In this document: piece by piece, positions 60,847 to 64,000 of the stretch | Position numbering within the stretch: the stretch's first letter is position 1 | Layout of the letters: each line of letters opens with the position of its first letter | Assembly: GCF_028641065.1 (NCBI RefSeq) | Contig: NC_073405.1 | Location: forward strand, 6,572,001-6,636,000 | Origin: Leucoraja erinacea | Lineage: Eukaryota | DNA length: 64,000 bases | Direction: 5' to 3' | Program-made: the position numbers and the translations under genes | The notes under the pieces: model-generated | Database searches by the model: none | The model's input: only the letters and a program-made list of their open reading frames with translations | Told to the model about the DNA's origin: nothing

Positions 60847-61496
60847 CAAAGATCCTATAGCGAGCAAGATAGATCACTCGACGAAAAAGATGTAGTACGG
60901 TCATGGGTAGATTCGGCCCCATTTCTGTAACCAGCTTCAGTCCAAAGATCCCACAGCGGAGCAAGGATACTAGTGCGGAGACGGGAGACGGAAGCCGGTT
61001 ACGGAACAAATCCTCGTAAAAATCAAAGTTCTTTGGTAAAAATCTTCACCTCATTTTCAGAATTATAATTTATTAACACAAACTGTCCCCCTGCAACGTT
61101 GATTACACCGCGAGAGGGATACCCAAAGTCAGGTCGGGTTACAGAAATGGATGAAAAAAAGGCCCACGTGCCGCTCCGTTGCGTACTACACGTCAGCCCA
61201 TTGTCTGAAGAATGGTTTCGGCCCAAAACGTTGCCTATTTCCTTCGCTCCATCAATGCTGCTGCACCCGCTGAGATTCTCCAGCACTTTTGTCTACCTAC
61301 AGCCAGTGGCGGACTGGGTCTAAAAATATTGGTTGCCAGGAGACAAAGGGGGGCCACTTCATCAGGGGCCCACTTGATATAGGGGGCCCACTTCATCAGG
61401 GGCCCACTTGCCATCGGGCAAGCTGACACCCTGGCCTGCAAACAGCCCATTGCATTTAGCAGGAGTGGTCTATCTTGCTCCGCTATAGGATCTTTG
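60847..61496. mobile_element. Non-autonomous TIR element with 8-bp TSD (P-element-like ends), containing nested pLTR and hAT MITE fragments
   Basis: TIRs CAAAGATCCTATAGCGAGCAAGATAGA and TCTATCTTGCTCCGCTATAGGATCTTTG; TSD CTTTGGAG at 60839-60846 and 61497-61504; inserted in a SINE. Confidence 0.8.
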
Positions 61497-62730
61497 CTTT
61501 GGAGTGTGGGAGGAAACCGGAACACCCGGAGAAAACCCATGAGGTCACAGGGAGAACGTGCAAACTCCACACAGACAAGCACCGTGTTGTCAGGATCGAA
61601 CCTGGGTCTCTGCTGCTGTGAGGCAGCCACACTACCACTGCACCATCCGAAGCCTTAAATGAATCCAAAAAAATCTCCCTTCCGTATGTTTTCAATCAAG
61701 GATGCACAGTCTCTTTGGGATGCAGGAGAAGGTTTCAAGGAATTTGAATCCTTTTGTATTTGAAGATATTATGGCAGACTGTCAAACACATGCAAGACAC
61801 ACGGGACAGCGATTGTTGGAGATTGATGGTGTTCAGAACAATGGAGGGGACATGAGTGGGCCCTGAGGCGTGGACTGGAAGTAAGTGCCCGCAGCACGAG
61901 AGGAATTCAGATCTCATGAGGCTGGGTGGAACAATGGCTATCTCTTGGACTTCAAGGATGAGGAAACATCTGTTATCGAAGAGTCCTGAAATGCATTGCT
62001 CTGTTGATTAGAAGAGCGTGGCTCGCTTCGTGGGAGAGCAAATCGCTTGAGGCAAAGGTCAAAGAGCAGGCAATGTTGTGTAGGGCGGCACTGTGATGTA
62101 ACTGGCATAGCCGCTGCCTCACACGGTACCGGCCAATCCGGATTAATGGAAGTGCCGAATCATCGATGGGGGCAGTGGTAGAGTTGCTGCCATTCAGCAC
62201 CACGAGACGCGGGTTCGATCCCGACTATGGGGTGCTTGTCTATACAGAGTTTGTACGTTTTCCCTGTGACCGCGTGGGTTTTCTCCAAGATGTTTGGTTT
62301 CCTCCCACAGTCCAAGGACGTACAGGTTTGTAGGTCAATTGGCTTGGTATCAATGTAAAACTGTCCCTAGTGTGTGTAGGATAGTGTTAGTGAGCGGGGG
62401 TCGCTGGTCGTTGCGGACTCGGTGGGCCGAGAGGCCTGTTTCCTCGCTGAATCTCTAAACTAAATCAGTTGCCGGTAAATTGGTGGTGGGGCTGTACATT
62501 TGGGGCATGGAGGGTTGCAGAACACAGGATAATTCCTTAACCGAAAGACAGCAATTATATAGGTCTGTCACGTGTATTTGATTCATTCACACATTCGCCT
62601 ATGACGATATCGCAGGAATCTGGCAGATCTCACTTAGTGTTCCTGGAGAAAAAGGATCGGTGAAGTTTCGGGTTAGTCCACGTCTTCAGACTCATTCCCT
62701 CACCTTTTACTATGGGCATTCCTTCTCCCC

Positions 62731-63611
62731 ATAGAAACATAGAAAATAGGTGCAGGAGTAGGCCATTCGGCCCTTCGAGCCTGCACTGCCATTCAATATG
62801 ATCATGGCTGATCATCCAACACAGTATCCCATCCCTGCCTTCTCTCCATACCCCATGATCCCTTTACCCACAAGGGCCACATCTATCTCCCTTTAAATAT
62901 AGCCAATGAACTGGCAGAGAATTCCACAGATTCACGACTCTCTGGGTGAAATTTATTTTTCTCATCTCGGTCCTAAAAGATTTCCCCCTTATCCTTAAAC
63001 TGTGACCCCTTGTTCTGGACTTCCCCAACATCGGGAACAATCTTCCTGCATCTAGCCTGTCCAACCCCTTAAGAATTTGTAAGTTTCTATAAGATCCCCT
63101 CTCAATCTCCTAAATTCTAGAGAGTATAAACCAAGTCTATCCAGTCTTTCTTCATAAGACAGTCCTGACATCCCAGGAATCAGTCTGATGAACCTTCTCT
63201 GTACTCCCTCTATGGCAAGAATGTCTTTCCTCAGATTAGGAGACCAAAACTGTACGCAATGCTCCAGGTGTGGTCTCACCAAGACCCTGTACAACTGCAG
63301 TAGAACCTCCCTGCTCCTATACTCAAATCCTTTTGCTATGAATGCTAACATACCATTCGCTTTCTTCACTGCCTGCTGCACCTGCATGTCTACTTTCAAT
63401 GACTGGTGTACCATGACACCCAGGTCACGTTGCATCTCCCCTTTTCCTAATCGGCCACCATTCAGATAATAGTCTACTTTCCTGTTTTTGCCACCAAAGT
63501 GGTTAACCTCACATTTATCCACATTAAACTGCATCTGCCATGCATTTGCCCACTCACCCAGCCTATCTAAGTCACCTTGCAGCCTCCTAGCATCCTCCTC
63601 ACAGCTAACAC
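62731..63611 (-). mobile_element. CR1 LINE 3' fragment
   Basis: EEDARRLQGDLDRLGEWANAWQMQFNVDKC…; CR1 tail. Confidence 0.88.
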
Positions 63612-64000
63612 AGCAAGCCATGACCTGCGTGGGTTTTCTCCAGGTGCTCTGGTTTCCTCCCACACTCCAAAGTAAGGTTTAATTGTAAAGTGTGCCTTGT
63701 GTGTGTAGGATAGTGTTAGTGTGCGGGCATTGCTAGTCGACGCAGTCAGTGGGCTGAAGGGCCTGTTTCAGTTCAGTACATCTGAAACTAAAACTAAGAT
63801 TCTGCCTGAACCGCTGAGTTAATCCAGCACTTTGTGCCTATCTTCGGTATAAACCAATGACTGCGATAGTCCCAGTCTCAACTACCTCCCTCCGGCAGCT
63901 TGTTCCATACACCCATCACCCTTTGTGTGAAAATGTTGCCCTCCAGATTCCAATTATATCTTTTCCCCTGGGCATGTGTATTCATGTTTTCTTGTCGGTC

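Noticed and set aside
62630-62700. Candidate exon 1 for PAR copy 5 (minus-strand ATG at 62695 and a GTGAG donor)
   Set aside because: MSLKTWTNPKLHRSFFSRNT is not a signal peptide, the phase is wrong, and the sequence is a decayed pLTR.

Overview
Repeat-dense vertebrate DNA, almost certainly from an elasmobranch (skate, ray or shark), judged from HE1/V-SINE-type SINEs and CR1 (HER1-type) LINEs. The host content is a cluster of five protease-activated-receptor-like (PAR3/PAR4-type) GPCR genes: four on the + strand and one inverted. Each has a large 7TM exon entered through a phase-1 acceptor, and I located signal-peptide exon 1 for three of them. The five share a near-identical TM2-TM3 nucleotide core but have different predicted cleavage and tethered-ligand sites: K|LMVDS, R|SFPLY, R|SLVYV, K|SFKAT, and none (GG|VLASS). 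The rest is transposon-derived. It includes a nested stack in which an RTE-X-like LINE splits a SINE and itself holds a full-length but frameshifted DIRS1 element and a Penelope fragment. It also includes a MADF-encoding Harbinger derivative, Harbinger, hAT and P-like MITEs, CR1, Rex1 and Vingi fragments, and many Penelope pLTR remnants with minimal hammerhead-ribozyme motifs, two of them in predicted PAR 3' UTRs. Two N gaps and two garbled tracts (about 5.2-6.9 kb and 35.6-37.4 kb) look like assembly artefacts. All family assignments come from motif recognition, not database searches.
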